From: Klebsormidium nitens
Taxonomy: Eukaryota; Plantae; Klebsormidiophyceae
Direction: 5' to 3'
Assembly: GCA_000708835.1 (NCBI GenBank)
Contig: DF237528.1
Location: 1 to 56,705 of the forward strand
Length of the DNA: 56,705 nt
Part shown: in pieces, positions 25,077 through 37,700 of the stretch
How positions within the stretch are numbered: the stretch's first letter is position 1
How the letters are laid out: each line of letters opens with the position of its first letter
Program-made: the position numbers and the translations under genes
Notes under the pieces: model-generated
What the model saw: only the letters and a program-made list of their open reading frames with translations
Told to the model about the DNA's origin: nothing
Database searches by the model: none

Positions 25077-26796
25077 CTAAGGTTCGCGTATTGACTCAGG
25101 CGTCCTTGCGGGCGTGGTGATGTTCATGCTGGCGCGCAGCATCCAGGAGGTCGGATACACGCTGTCCCGCGCCGCCTCTGCGCGCAAGTGCCACACCAGC
25201 ACCTCCCGGCAGTCGTCCGCCAGCCCCTCCATCTCCGCCTCACTGCCCACCAGCTGCTCGATAAACGTCGTCTCCTGGAACCCCTCCTTGATGTTATCCC
25301 GGAACCGAACCGGCGCGTTCCTCCGCCGTCCCTCACCCCCTGGCTCCCACATCAGCGACGAATTGAACGCAAAGCCGCACAGGTCCGAGTGGAAGCGCCG
25401 CTGCGCCGCGCTCTCTTCGCTGGTGTGCCACCCGATGACCCGCCCCCCGGCGCACACAGGCCCCTCGATCGTCGTCTTCTCGGCGCCTTCCACGAGCATG
25501 GCCACCGGCAGGACGCCAAAGCGCTTGACCTTGCGGATCTCCTCAAAGAGCTCGACGCTGTAGTTGTTGTCGTCGTCCGCAAAGTAGACGATGCCCTGCA
25601 GCGCGTGCTGCTGGATGTGGTCGAGCGCGTGGTTGCGCTGGTGCACGCCGCGGTCCTTGTGCTGCGGGCTGAATTGCTGCACCACCAGGTGGCGGTACAT
25701 CAGCCCCGTGCGCATCAGCAGCGCCACGCTCTCCTCGCTCTGCCACCCCGTCTCTACCACGATCCACAGCACCGGCGGCCGCACCAGGCGCAGCGTGTGC
25801 GCCAGCCGCGTCAAGTACATCGCCTGCCAGGACAGATGGCATAGGGTGAGAAGAAGAAACTAAGGTCCCAGCCACTTTATCTCGAACAGAGAGGAGGAGG
25901 ACTATACTCGTGTGACCCGAACAGGACTGTTGCAAACGAGACGGACAAAACAGGACGCATCTTTTCTGCATCACCCTCCTGAAAGTTCGCTCCATGCTGA
26001 GCGTCCAGCCAATAGTGGACCAGGAACGGATTCATTAACAGCCAACAAGCAAGGGCGCCCTGTTTTCGCTGGTAAAAAGGTGTAACAAAGGACCCCTGCG
26101 ACATGACACGAAAGCGGCATAACTCCTTCAGATGACTTTCTCGGATGCAAACCTTGCTTCGCTCACTTTCTCGACTTTGTCAATGGCTTGGGGCCAAGTC
26201 TGCTGGGATCATAGATATGCCTCCATCCATTGCCGCATTGCGGGGAAGGAAGAGTGTGGATGGCAGCCCGCTTAAAAGCAATGCATACCGCATTACGATA
26301 TCGTGGTTCGAAAAGATAATTGCCCCACCCTGCCGTTCCCTGGAAATGTTACCGTTTTTCAAGCAACAGTGGTCAGATTCGAAGAAGCATCATTTGCAGC
26401 CTGCCAGCACAGCCTGTTCAAATCTGTCGAGAACTTCATGGATGATGCCAAGTCCGTGTCATAAGGACATGCCAGATCTCCAACATGGGGGCTGCCCGTG
26501 CCTTCATTTGTCCACTATAGGTCAAAGACGTCGGTGTTGTTGCCGCGGGCGCCTCACCTGGAAGGGCCGATTGTACGTGGGTGTGACAATCAGCAGCTGG
26601 ACGGGCGCCTCGAGGCGTGGCTGCGCCGGCAGCTGCTGTTGCACCAGGATGCGGCTGGCCCCCGCACCCACCAGGCCGCGCTGCTCATCCTCAAGGGCCT
26701 GCCCCGGGAAGCTGTGGGAGACGGCGTCCGGAAAAGAGGCCTCGAAGCGGCGCGTGTCAAACACCCCCAGCAAAAAGCCGAGCAGGAAACAGAACC
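25077..26796 (-). CDS. GT43 glycosyltransferase, IRX9/IRX9L-like (xylan backbone synthesis complex); 5' exon unresolved
   Basis: Exons 26558-26796 (FLLGFLLG TM, LLIVTPTYNRPFQ) and 25077-25823 (YLTRLAHTLRLV, DRGVHQRN, YFADDDN, IEGPVC..VIGWHT, GFAFNS, KEGFQETTFIEQLV). Confidence 0.93.
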
Positions 26797-28462
26797 CTGG
26801 GGGGAAAGAGGAAGAGAGCGCAGCAAGCGTTGGGCAGTGAAAGCGGATCTTTCTTACAGCTGTCTGCAGAAAACTTAAGGATGCGCTGATCTTCCTTGCT
26901 CAGGTCAAAACGCAGCGTTCAACAGGAGTCGGTGCCACGAAAGCTGGTGTCGAACACCGTTTGAACTTCTCGAGTAGCATGGTTTTGGAAGCCTGGGGCA
27001 CAACAGAATGGAGATGATGTCATCTTTGCGATCGGGAACAGGGCCGTTCATATGGCCCCATTGGTGATACGCACTGATGTTCACCGAGCACCAGCAACCC
27101 TGATCTAACTCCCCTCACACCTTCGCGCCTTCAGGTTGTTCATAAGTTGCACTTAATATGGGGAAAGAGCAAAACGAATGTCGATGCTCCCGACTTTCTC
27201 CATGCAATAACAGCCAGCACACATTTCTTGAAGAGGAGAAGCCGGCTGTTCTGGCGGAACACTTCAAGTCTTGGCAGCATTTTCCGTCTTCCCTGTGAGA
27301 GTGTCATGAGAGGCCCCACTATGCTGCAATGAAAAACATCATGGCGGCACCACCGTTGTGGAATGAAGAGCCTGAAAACTCACCCAGGAGCAGTGGCCTT
27401 CGATTGTTGAGCAAGCTTCCTATTATTGGCGCGTGCTTTGCCATCGGCTTCCCTCCCCCAGGTGGCATTCGTGGGTTGGCTTACCCCCTAAGCAACAGCC
27501 CGCCAGCACTACGATGGCAACATCTGCATCAAAATCTTAGCAGCTTGCAGACGTGGCTACAACTTCCAGAAAACTAAAACAGCTTACAACCACGTCCTTA
27601 AAAACTCCTGAATCCAGAGTCTCTCGTGAATCTAATCTTCCAAGTCCACAACCTGGGTCATTACTAGCTATCACAATCTGCACTACTGTATCAAGGCCCT
27701 CGGCGCGTTAAAGCCCAAGCATAGATTGGCACATCATCCAAGACAAGAGGCACATTGCAGATTGCGGTCTTCAAAATGCAGGAGAGCGTCACGTCCAGGG
27801 ACGGTCAAGAGAGGAGACTTGAGCTGAGAAATGTAGCTAGACACTTCACTTCTGAAATAGTGAAAGTTCTGCCCCTTGCATGCTGACCAGTTGGTAAATC
27901 GTGCTTTGTTGGTCAATGGTCATATATTCTTATCATTTGTGGTATTCGTTGGAAATCTGCCGGGTTTCGCGCGAAGGTTCTTCAACGTTCAAGAGACCCG
28001 TCATGACCATACTGAGAAGATCTCTAGAAGTTTTGGAGCTTTCCACAAAGTCCAGCTTAATATATTCCTGAGGCTACCGGTATAATCTAAAAATTCAACG
28101 TGCGCGAGTCGATTGAAGAAGTTCTGGATGACTCGGTTGTTGCTAGCGTGAGTCCTGATTATCTACCAGTGCAAGGAGAGGGCAGGGGCGCAAAATAATC
28201 AGCAGACGCTGTAGGCTGTGTAGCAGCAAGCTCAGAGCGTCCTGAAATCAAGAAGAGGGCCACGAAATTTGGGCATCAATTGCTCGAAAGTTGCTTCTGC
28301 GCCAGCTCCTGATTGAAGCGCACCAAAAAGTAGCGGAAAAGCATAGAGCGGAGGGTGGAAAGCGCCATTCAGCAGTTGCTGAACGAGATTCACGTACGGG
28401 TCACTTGTGAGGGCTGTGTGGGACGTGCTTGGTGGTGGGAGGTGCCTGTCGCTGAGTGAGCC

Positions 28463-29781
28463 ATGAGTACTATGAAGTTTTGCCGAGAGTGGTGAGATCA
28501 ACTAATTGCTAACTTTGGAGCGAAGTCGATGGTGGCAGCTTGATTAGAGGCAATCAGCATCAGTGGTGCTCGCCCCATGACTTTTTCAACAAAGAGAGCC
28601 AGTGGTGCTCGTGCCTTGTTTCTTAGACTCCTGATTGCTTTGAAAGTTTGTTGAAGTCGCATTCCCTAACATTCTTGAAGATGAGAGTTCCTCGGCCGTA
28701 GACTAAAATCTCTCTCTTTTCCCCCCTTCTGCGACGGCAGTAACAACATCTTATATCCCCGAGAAAATAAGGCTGAGAAGCGGTTGGAGTATGCCTGCGG
28801 GCGGTGCGACTTTTCGGAGGATGCAGAGCAGTCCTGCGTGTACCGCAACGAGATTCACCATACCGCAGAGTGAGCACAAGAAGTTGGCATATGTTCTTTT
28901 CACTGTTTAGTGTGATAAGGGCGAGCAGTTCAAAAGAGAGATGTTTTCATGAAAGTATAAAGGTACGATCAGCTTAAGATGCAGTCATCTGCATAAAGGA
29001 AGAGATCTTTGGAAGTGAATACGCAGGTGCAGGTGCATCTTGGTTTCGATGTTCAATCTGCGACACCTCTAACAAGTCAAAGCTTTGGCCGTTTGGATCA
29101 CACTGTCACCAAGGGCATACTCTTCTCTGGACTCTGGTTGTCAACCACGCTAGCAGCAATGCTCCTGAGTCGAATCTTCTCTCTTCCGTTTGTATAAAAG
29201 TCGGGGCTAGCGGAGCACTTCGTACCTTACTTGCTTTGGCCCCCTGCTGATAAAAGGTAGCTCGTGTGTGCAGTGAGAGAACCCAGGTCTTGCAGGACGT
29301 GACGTCAGATCCGACCTTACCCCGAAGTAAAGCATTGCGCTGCCCAGTTTGCAAGCATGGGGAGGCTGTTTTCTTCCAGGTACGCAGAGAACGGCATCGC
29401 GACCTTGATGAGCATGCAGCCATGTTTGATTCGGCCATTACTTCATCTGAGCATGTCCCTCTGACAAACAAGTGATGGGTCCGACTGTCGCTCCTCAATA
29501 TCAGTTGATGTATCTTCTTACTTTTTGTCCGGGTCATCTTGGACCAGCTCTGGGGCAGAAAAAAAACAAATTGAAAGCCGGTTGTTTTCAAGGGCCGGTC
29601 ATAGGGCCGGCTCTGAAGAAGGTTTTCCTCCCCTTCTGGTTTGGCATGCTGCGACCTTTTGATTGCAACAAAACCATTTCACACCTTGTGTTTGCAGGCC
29701 ACGAGTCGAGGAGAGGAGGGTATGACCTTGTTTTTCGTTTGTTGCAATCCGAACTGTCAACACCGGTGGCGGGATCAATAG
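28463..29781 (+). CDS. RPB9: RNA polymerase II subunit RPB9, 4 exons, 115 aa
   Basis: Exons 28463-28491, 28741-28869, 29274-29379, 29698-29781: MSTMKFCRECNNILYPRE..CVYRNE..SDPTLPR..C..C.H.EAVFFQ..EEGMTLFFVCCNPNC.HRW. Confidence 0.97.
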
Positions 29782-30049
29782 GTACTGATTCACAGTAGAA
29801 TTGGATTGTTGTCACAGACTATGATCACTAGATTAAGCAGAGCAGGTTGAAGAGGAGAGCAGGTGGTCCGGTTTAGCAAGGTCTGAGTTGTGTTTTTACT
29901 GACATTATATTGTGGCGGCCCTATTCAAGAGTCAGCTGCGCCGCTGAGCCTCGGAGTGAGCTGGTGTATGAGAATTGAGTAAACGTTGTGTTAGCTGATT
30001 TGAACAGCCTTACACGATTGAAGCAGCGCGCGCGAAACCTTTTACAAAC

Positions 30050-31620
30050 GAAGCAACCCGCAACATCTATGTCACGTATAGACATGACGTTGGGTCAGCC
30101 GCGCTCAGTGCTGCCTGCAGATCAAGGATATTTGAAAGATTGAGCCTAAATAGGATTTTATATGTGTATAGGCATGCATGAACCGTCATGGAAAGAATGT
30201 CATGCAGCTTAAAGAATTTTAGAATTTAATTTCCTTTAATTCATGACGATTGTCGCTTCATCTTTTGCAATAGTTAATACTATATGCGAGTGTGTGCCAT
30301 GTCGGATGTAATGCCACATGTATATAGCCTGTGATCGATCGTTGCAGACATCATCGATTCCGCAGTTCGCCAGTTCATCCTTCATGCAGCACATGATCGG
30401 CGCGCTCTGTTGGCTTCTATCTCTTGACTACATACATGCGGTTCTTCTAACATCCCTGCTTTGTCCCTTTCAGGCCAATAGGCAGGCTCGCATCATACGG
30501 GCAACCAGCACCCAAGCAAGCGGCAGCCTCATCCTTCATTGCCAAAGCCCTAGCCCATGACGGACAGTCTTTGTAAAGCGGCTTTCATCAGAGCATAAAC
30601 AGTGTCCACACAGTGGCATGTTCCTCAAGTCGGAATTCATTTGCATGCTTCCTCAGCTGGCAATAAATCGGCGAAATTCTCCTCATCGAATCGTTTTTCG
30701 AGCTCAAAAAACTCCAGAACCTAGGTTCTGGCATGCCATCGAGTATCATAATGTGTTGCTTGTAATCATATAAGCCCAATGTCAAGCTCAAGCTCAAGCC
30801 CCAGCTCAAGTCTGTATAGATTTTGCACTCCACCGTTACCTTTTTCCCCTCTGAAACGAAAAGATCCCCTAAGCTATACGAAGTACGGGGAGGGGTTTTT
30901 TAGTACGGACGGTGTCTTGCATATCTTATACTGGATGTTCACAGCACGGTCCTCGTGACCCGGTCAACTTCGACTCTTCTCGCGCGCCGATCCCGGCCAT
31001 CCTTACAAACCGTTGCCTTTGTACAAATCCGTCGTTTAGCTACAAACGCCCTCGGTTATGTTGAAGACAAGGCCCGGACAGCGCTCGAATTGGCAGATCG
31101 TCAGCCTCGTGTTTGTAATTGTGTCGGTAGGCTCAGATTAGTCGTAAGTTGATACTATAGAGAAGCAGACATCTTCAAACACAACAATTGTATGCCATGA
31201 TCGAAGCCTATGGCCGCACTGGCTACGGCGTTACGAAAAGAGACCATCGAATTACTGATCTACTCAATGATACGTACGAATTGTCGGATCGATATAATAT
31301 ATGCCACATGTGTATATATTGTTTGGGATTACACAATTTCTAGTTATACCATGCAATGTAAGCATCAGCCGCCATAAGGCGGATGCCGATTATGGCACTT
31401 ACTGCCATATTCGGCATCCTTTCCAAAAACGGCCGCATCTGCGTGCATTGCCATTGGCACGGCATTAGTGCGCACATGACCATGGACTCATGACTTTTGT
31501 GACCAACGATCGTCCATGCAAATAATGAAAGGATTGCCGCATGCCACTGCCATTATAATAGCCAGAAGTAGTCATTGAACTTTCTAGGATTTTCATGCTG
31601 TGTGTACATGTAATACACAA
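30050..31620. other. Palindrome-word-rich island between convergent RPB9 and SDF2 genes
   Basis: CATG/GATC/GTAC/TATA-rich; 17-bp imperfect inverted repeat at 31381-31419. Confidence 0.6.
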
Positions 31621-32023
31621 TACAATTCACTCACTCTGGTCAACACTGGGAGTCGTGACCATCGGATCACAATTCTCCGTGCTCAGGGCTGCCAATCGAT
31701 GCAGATCTGCAAGTCAGGAACCATACAAGCCTGAGAAATATTGCACCACTGCAGGATCGGTTGCACGAGTACAAGAGACAACAAGCAAGCAAATTGTATA
31801 CCAACTTGTTTCTCCGCAAGGTCAAAAGGCGTTTCAGTAAACAGTGAGCCATCGAGACCTTGTTAGCACGAATCCAATCACTGCACTGGGTTCGAAAGAA
31901 AGGTCAGATGGAACAGCGAACCGACATGCGTTGTTGCTGCCAGAGTCAATGCCGTCTTCATTGAACAGACGGTAAGCACGCTCTGCAGAACTCACATGCC
32001 TCTGAAGACTGGGGTGTCCCGAG

Positions 32024-34254
32024 TTAGCTGGCTGCTGACCTCGGCATGTAGGTGCCCTCCGCAGCCTTCCACAACGCGTTCTCCGACTTTTTGCGGTGTC
32101 CGCACACCTCCTGCTGCCCTGCGATCGGCCGCCCGTACCGCCGGTCCGCTGCACTGTGCAGCCATCCCCCCTGGACAAAGGAGAACGAGGGTCGCTCATG
32201 CTACACGTGGCAGTAAAGTCATGCAGACTGAGAGCTGGACAGCAGCTGGTTCTCACATACCGCAGGTACTCTTTAAAAAGCAGGAAACTCCTTAACAACC
32301 TGGAAGAGAAAACCATGCAGCAGCCCAACGAATTTGCGGTTTTAGTATTTAACAGCCTCAAGGTAAAGCCAAAGGCCGAGAAAATCTAGAGGAGACAAAA
32401 GACGAGGAAACTTTGACAACGTCTCACCGTCTCAACGTGCTGAAAGCGGACCCCCGAATCTTTGAGCCACATGCCTCCACCGTTCACCTCCACCCTGCAG
32501 AATCAAATCATGCGAAATGACTTCACGCTTGAAGTTTAACAAGCTCAGAGACTATTACCGATGGCAACCCTTATTCCGCAGAAGCTTTGGCCACTCACTA
32601 CTCAAACAAGGAGGGAGCTACAGGGGGCTTCTCCGTCACAAAACCCCTCAGGAGCTCGAAACGGAGCATCTTGATCCGTCATGTCAGTGGAAGTAGCGGT
32701 AAAACTGGAAGACCGGCTTACTGCCGGCTAAAAGAAGGCAGACCTTCAACTCGAGCAAGAATTTGGTCCGACCTCAGCAAAAGTGCCACGCGGTTGGAGT
32801 CAAAGCTTTCACTCGGCTCGGTATTTTTCAGTCCAGAGCCATTCCGCCCCGGAAGGGCACCTAAAGCAAACCAGGTGGTCGACTCACCTCCAATGGTCTC
32901 CCCCGTCGCTCTGGTTGTCGTCCCCAAATCCGCTGACCTGCAGTGTTCAGACAAGTATGGTCAAGCCCCGATTCAAAAGCGCTGCTGGTGAGATAAGCTT
33001 AGCAACGATCATGTGACCATCGTGGAAGACGAAATCAAGAAGCTGGTCGAGATGATTCTGACCTCGCTGATGTGTAAGTCCATTAGCTGGAGGACCCTGA
33101 CTCCTACAATGTATCAGGGCTGTCCTACCAAAACGCGATTTGCCCCTCCTCCTTGTGTAGTGCTTTCTCACCTCGTAGTTCTGTGAAAGTGGGGAGAGGT
33201 GCAGGTGGCTGTGCAGCCACCTCTTGGTGGCCATGTGCTGGAAGCGCACCACCGACCCCGACTTGAACGCTTCACCCTGGGCGCACTCAGCGTCATGGGG
33301 GCCGTGGACGCTCTGGCAAGGAAGAGCGGCGCACCACTCAATATACTGTACTAGCAACGCTGATCTTTCGAATATAGATTTTCCACACTTCTTCCTGACC
33401 TCGTGTACAAAAGCTAGGGCGGTGCTTCAAAGAATGCTATCCAATCAGGCGTGTGCGCAGTCGCTTCCTTGATGTCAGTGGCGGCGCTACGGAACTGCTT
33501 ATGAAATTTCAGTACAAGACTCTGCCTATGGCGAAGCTCATGTGCAAGCCAGTCAAGGAACGTGTTCCCTCAAGAAGATGATCCACGTATCAATGAGGCG
33601 AAACGACGCCGATCAATCGTGCTCATCTACCTGACAAGAAGATTGGAAAGATTTTTCACTATCAAAAACTTCTGAGAGCTGTAGGCAAACCTTGCTCAGA
33701 AAAGGTATGCTGAGCTCACCCAGTAGCTGTTGCTGTCATCCCCTGAAGGGAACGCAGTCACAGACTGCTGTCCGCTGCCACTGCCATATGCGACTTCATG
33801 AGAGTGTAATCGAAACTTTGTCCGCTCGTGCATCAACTTGATCACGCTCCCGCAAGTGACCTGCACAACCGTGTAGTGCCAGAGTGAGCAGGGTTTCACT
33901 TACAACATTAACAACCACTGAAGATCTAAGATAGGTGCATTGGGGAATCAACCACCACAACACAGGAGCACAGAGCGAATTCATGTCACATATGTGAAAG
34001 ATGCCCGGTGGTGCCGCATGAAATGTCACCAACACCAACCAAGCAATACTTTGATACGCGGCCAACACACATACCCCTTTTTCAGACTAGGGTTTCAGCG
34101 ACAACGGATGCAGATCAAAAGTCAAGCTCCGTGCTTCCTGATTTCAATCAACACATGTGCTCACCTCAACAGCAGGAGCTGCCGCAATCACCGTGTCAGG
34201 CCAGCAGACAGCCAGAAGGAGCAAGCCCGTCAGGACGAACAGCATGCTGCCCAT
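32024..34254 (-). CDS. SDF2: Stromal cell-derived factor 2-like ER protein (MIR domains), 6 exons, 211 aa
   Basis: Exons 34165-34254 (signal peptide), 33720-33860, 33172-33312, 32888-32937, 32428-32494, 32024-32170. VTCGSVIKL.H..T..RLHSHEVAYGSGSGQQSVT, RWLHSHLHLSPLS, GQQEVCG, W.AAEG. Confidence 0.95.
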
Positions 34255-34583
34255 CACCTCAGAGTCTGGTGTGAGCCCCAGATTCCAAGAAGGCCTTCCT
34301 CTTAGTAGAAGGTGCGAGAGGAGTAAACAAGCGGACAACCAAAGAAGCAGTCAACCAATCTTTGAAGAGAAGGATAATCTGGAAGTCGTGGTTGGGACAA
34401 AGCGACACCTTTCCTCAGGTCTACCAGCTCCCTCAAACATTCAATTTTAGAAGCTACATAGCTCAGGATCAGACTCAGAGTCGACTGAGTTAGGAGCGTT
34501 TCAACTTGACGTTCAACTTGAAGTTGAAGTTGAACTCATGAAGTTCGAAGTTCTCGAGTCAACGAGTCGGAACCAAGCACGCC

Positions 34584-34592
34584 AAACCCTAA
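34584..34592 (+). promoter_or_regulatory. Telo-box (AAACCCTAA) in the SDF2/PTAR1 divergent promoter
   Basis: Exact match to the plant telo-box about 200 nt upstream of the PTAR1-like ATG; function not shown. Confidence 0.4.
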
Positions 34593-34791
34593 TTTCAAAT
34601 TGTATGAACAGCTTCGAAGCCCCAAACACCAATCCTCCATGCATAGGCGCTCGTGAATGCTACCTTCCATGTCGCATTGGCAATGCCATTGTGGGGCTAT
34701 TTCTGCATTGTAATTACATCTTGGTGTGCACAAGGTCCGGCTGTTGCTTGCAGGAGCTAGGATTCAGTATTCCAGTGCGCCGGCAGGTGCC

Positions 34792-37700
34792 ATGGACGGT
34801 GCATGCCTGATCCTCGAATTGGATCATATTCTGCGCAGTGACCCCCTCATGTAAGTACTTGTATGAAGGTATGGCGGGCCATGGCTGGGGTTTCTGACTT
34901 GCTTTCTTACAGCTGAAGCCAAGAACTTGTAAAGCTCCTTGTGCATAGATAGAATGCAACATCAATTTGCAGGTTGAAAGACAGGTCAATCATATTTCGA
35001 AGAGATTTTTTTCAATCAAGCCATTGCTTTTGGCAGGTTTATATAGTCATCTGCAGTTTATTGCCACCACCACCATTACATCATGGTTTTCATGTCAGAT
35101 TGGAGTTCTCCCTACTTGTGTTCTATCAAGTACTTGCTCACCCTTTATTGAGCTCTGGCGCCCTAAGGTTTTCTGTCTCCAGCCTACTGCGACAACAGGG
35201 TTGGAGCTTGGACCCAGATGTGACTCATCGGGATTGTCATTAGGTCATCAGGTCTTCCCCCCTGAACGTTATATCCTCCTGAACCTGCCTTTTGCTATGA
35301 GTGCATCAACTAAGCAGTCCTCCAAATACGCAGTCGTTGGAGGGTACTGGAGACTCTCAGAGGTCTCGGTATTACTCGAGTGTGCCACTGTCCAACTTAT
35401 CCGCCCTCCTTCTCCTTCCAGCGATGAGGTGGGCCTTGTACCGTCTGTGTCTGCGGACGCTCTTCCCCTGGAGCAGGCCCCCCAGTCTGCCGACTCTGCC
35501 TCAGCGTATGATCCCTCAGCTTTCTGGGTTGGAGACCACAAGCTCGCTGTCGCGCTAGTGGCGGCGAGAGCCATGTACTCTGCGGCGCTGCTGACCCTCA
35601 AACGGGCGCGCACTGCTGGCCCCACAAGCACAGGTGACGCTGAGTTGCTTCAGGCAACGCAGGTCATCGTGATTGTCAACCCGGAGCACTACACAGCCTG
35701 GAATACCAGGTGAGCCACTCTGGATCTGCACTTGTATCAAGACTAACATCAACTCTCCATTGTCTTTCTTTGAGTTGGTGAAGCTGTGATGGAGCTTTTC
35801 AGAGCCTCTCTCGAGATTTTCGATAAAAATAGCCTGCACACAGAAGCCTTGTCGTCAGGTCGGTTTGTGTCAACGTTTATGGATTTCGACTCGATGGTTT
35901 CCTAGTACCGACCCAGCAATTGTTGTGGTTAGTCTGATTCGAATGAGGACATGATCGCTTGATGCTTATGCATGCTCATGCCATTCGGGCTGACGTTACG
36001 AACGACGGACACACGAGCTATTAGAAAGAGGGCACCTTTTCCTTTTTGCAGGAAGCGCGTGTTGCTACGGAGTCCTGCCCCGGAAGGTGCGGCCTCTGTG
36101 GAGCTGCAGCTGTCAGCGTTGGCACTGTCGGTGCACCCCAAGAGCGAAGCCACCTGGTCGCACAGGTCAGACTTGACAGGAGCAATCCCAGATCTTTGAG
36201 GCGCACTCAAGCCACGGCTCCTTGTTATTCAAAAGTCATTAGCCTCGTTTTCCTGCAAGCGTGTCTTCTTTGTAGGACTTTGATTGAGTTCACCCTTCTA
36301 TCATCTTCAAAAAGCAGCAGGCTAATTATTCCTGGAAAGCGGAGACTTGCTTGGTTTGATTTGTACACGAAGAAGGGCAAAGAAGGGGAACACCCATCGT
36401 TGACACCGTCGTACCTTCCGGTCACGGCTCAGTTGGGCCAGTGGAATGTATTGATCGCTAAGACTTCGGAAAGCAGAGTCCCCAGTTGTTGCCCGACCGG
36501 ATTATCATTGACCTGCCCCTCTGTCCCCTGCGTGCAGGCGGTGGGTCCTGAGAAACCTTCTGCAGATCGCCAAGAGTCCTCAGTGCAGCGTGCTGGAGAA
36601 AGAGTCTGCGCTGGCACAACGCTGTGCCGAGGTAGGCTTTTGAATGACTCTTCACGTCTGACAAAGGTGCTGCGCATGCGGACTCAGTAGTTTGAAGCGT
36701 CAGAGAAGGTGCTTTGCTGAGAGTGGTTCGACGCTTCTTGTGCGCTTTTACTTTCTATGTTTCACCGATTGAAACGCGTGCTTCAGATGGCAATGCGCGG
36801 GCCTTTGAATCTCACACCCAAGACGTTGCACGGCCAGTCTGTAGCTTGTGAGGTGCGGGCTTTACGGAGTTCAAGGATAAGAATGTATCTTCGCCTTTGT
36901 CGGAAATATCGAACGCTCCGTCGAAAACAACATCTTGGGTGCGAAATTAGGGGCCCGAGTTGCTTCACATAAGAGGTCGTATGCATGGGTCATGCTCACC
37001 GCTGAGACGCTCGACTTCGGAATCTGCTGAAGTAGGATGGTGCTTTTTCGACCCTTGTACAGTCGAAACAGGGCCCAGTATCATCGTCCTGATGAAATCA
37101 ACGCCCGTTCTTTCTCGTGCCCCCCAGCTGCGCCCCATGAACTACCGTGCCTGGAGCCACCGCGCGTGGGCCGCCCAGTGGATGCCGCCCGGCCAGCTGC
37201 GCGCCGAGCTGCAGGCGAGCCGCGTGTGGGCGGAGCAGCACGTCACCGACAACTGCGGCCTGCACTACCGTCGAGTGAGGCAGCCTAAGGCACCGCGGAT
37301 CCTACCCTGTGAATCGCACGTTTGCGTTATATCTTCTGTGAACGGGCTTGGATGAGCGTTTCTGGTTTTGTGAGAGTCTGCAACCTCGGGCCCAATCTCC
37401 CGAGATTGGTTGAAGTCGTATTGATAGATCATCCTGAAGACTGTAAGGCTGGGGATCGATTTTGGGAGCCCAAACGCCTTTACTCAATTGATCGTGTTGC
37501 TTCGGAGATGGTCCTCAGGTCGAAATGAAGCCTGCGCGCGTTTTTGTGATCCTCTTCGCCGTTCTGAGTTCCAAATAGTAAAGGAGTTCGAGAGGCAATC
37601 TCGAGGGCACGTCTGAGTTGGCCGATTCAGCACTTTCAGCGCATCCCTCCTGACTCTACGGACACAGTCTGCTGCTCGAGGACTCTCCTCGTTGACGTTT

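Noticed and set aside
26145-26840. 231-aa plus-strand ORF
   Set aside because: Overlaps GT43 exon and intron in antisense; no recognisable domain.
34967-35421. N-terminal extension of the 248-aa ORF as PTAR1 start
   Set aside because: Intronic; the exon at 34792-34850 restores the DPLIDEVG motif by splicing.
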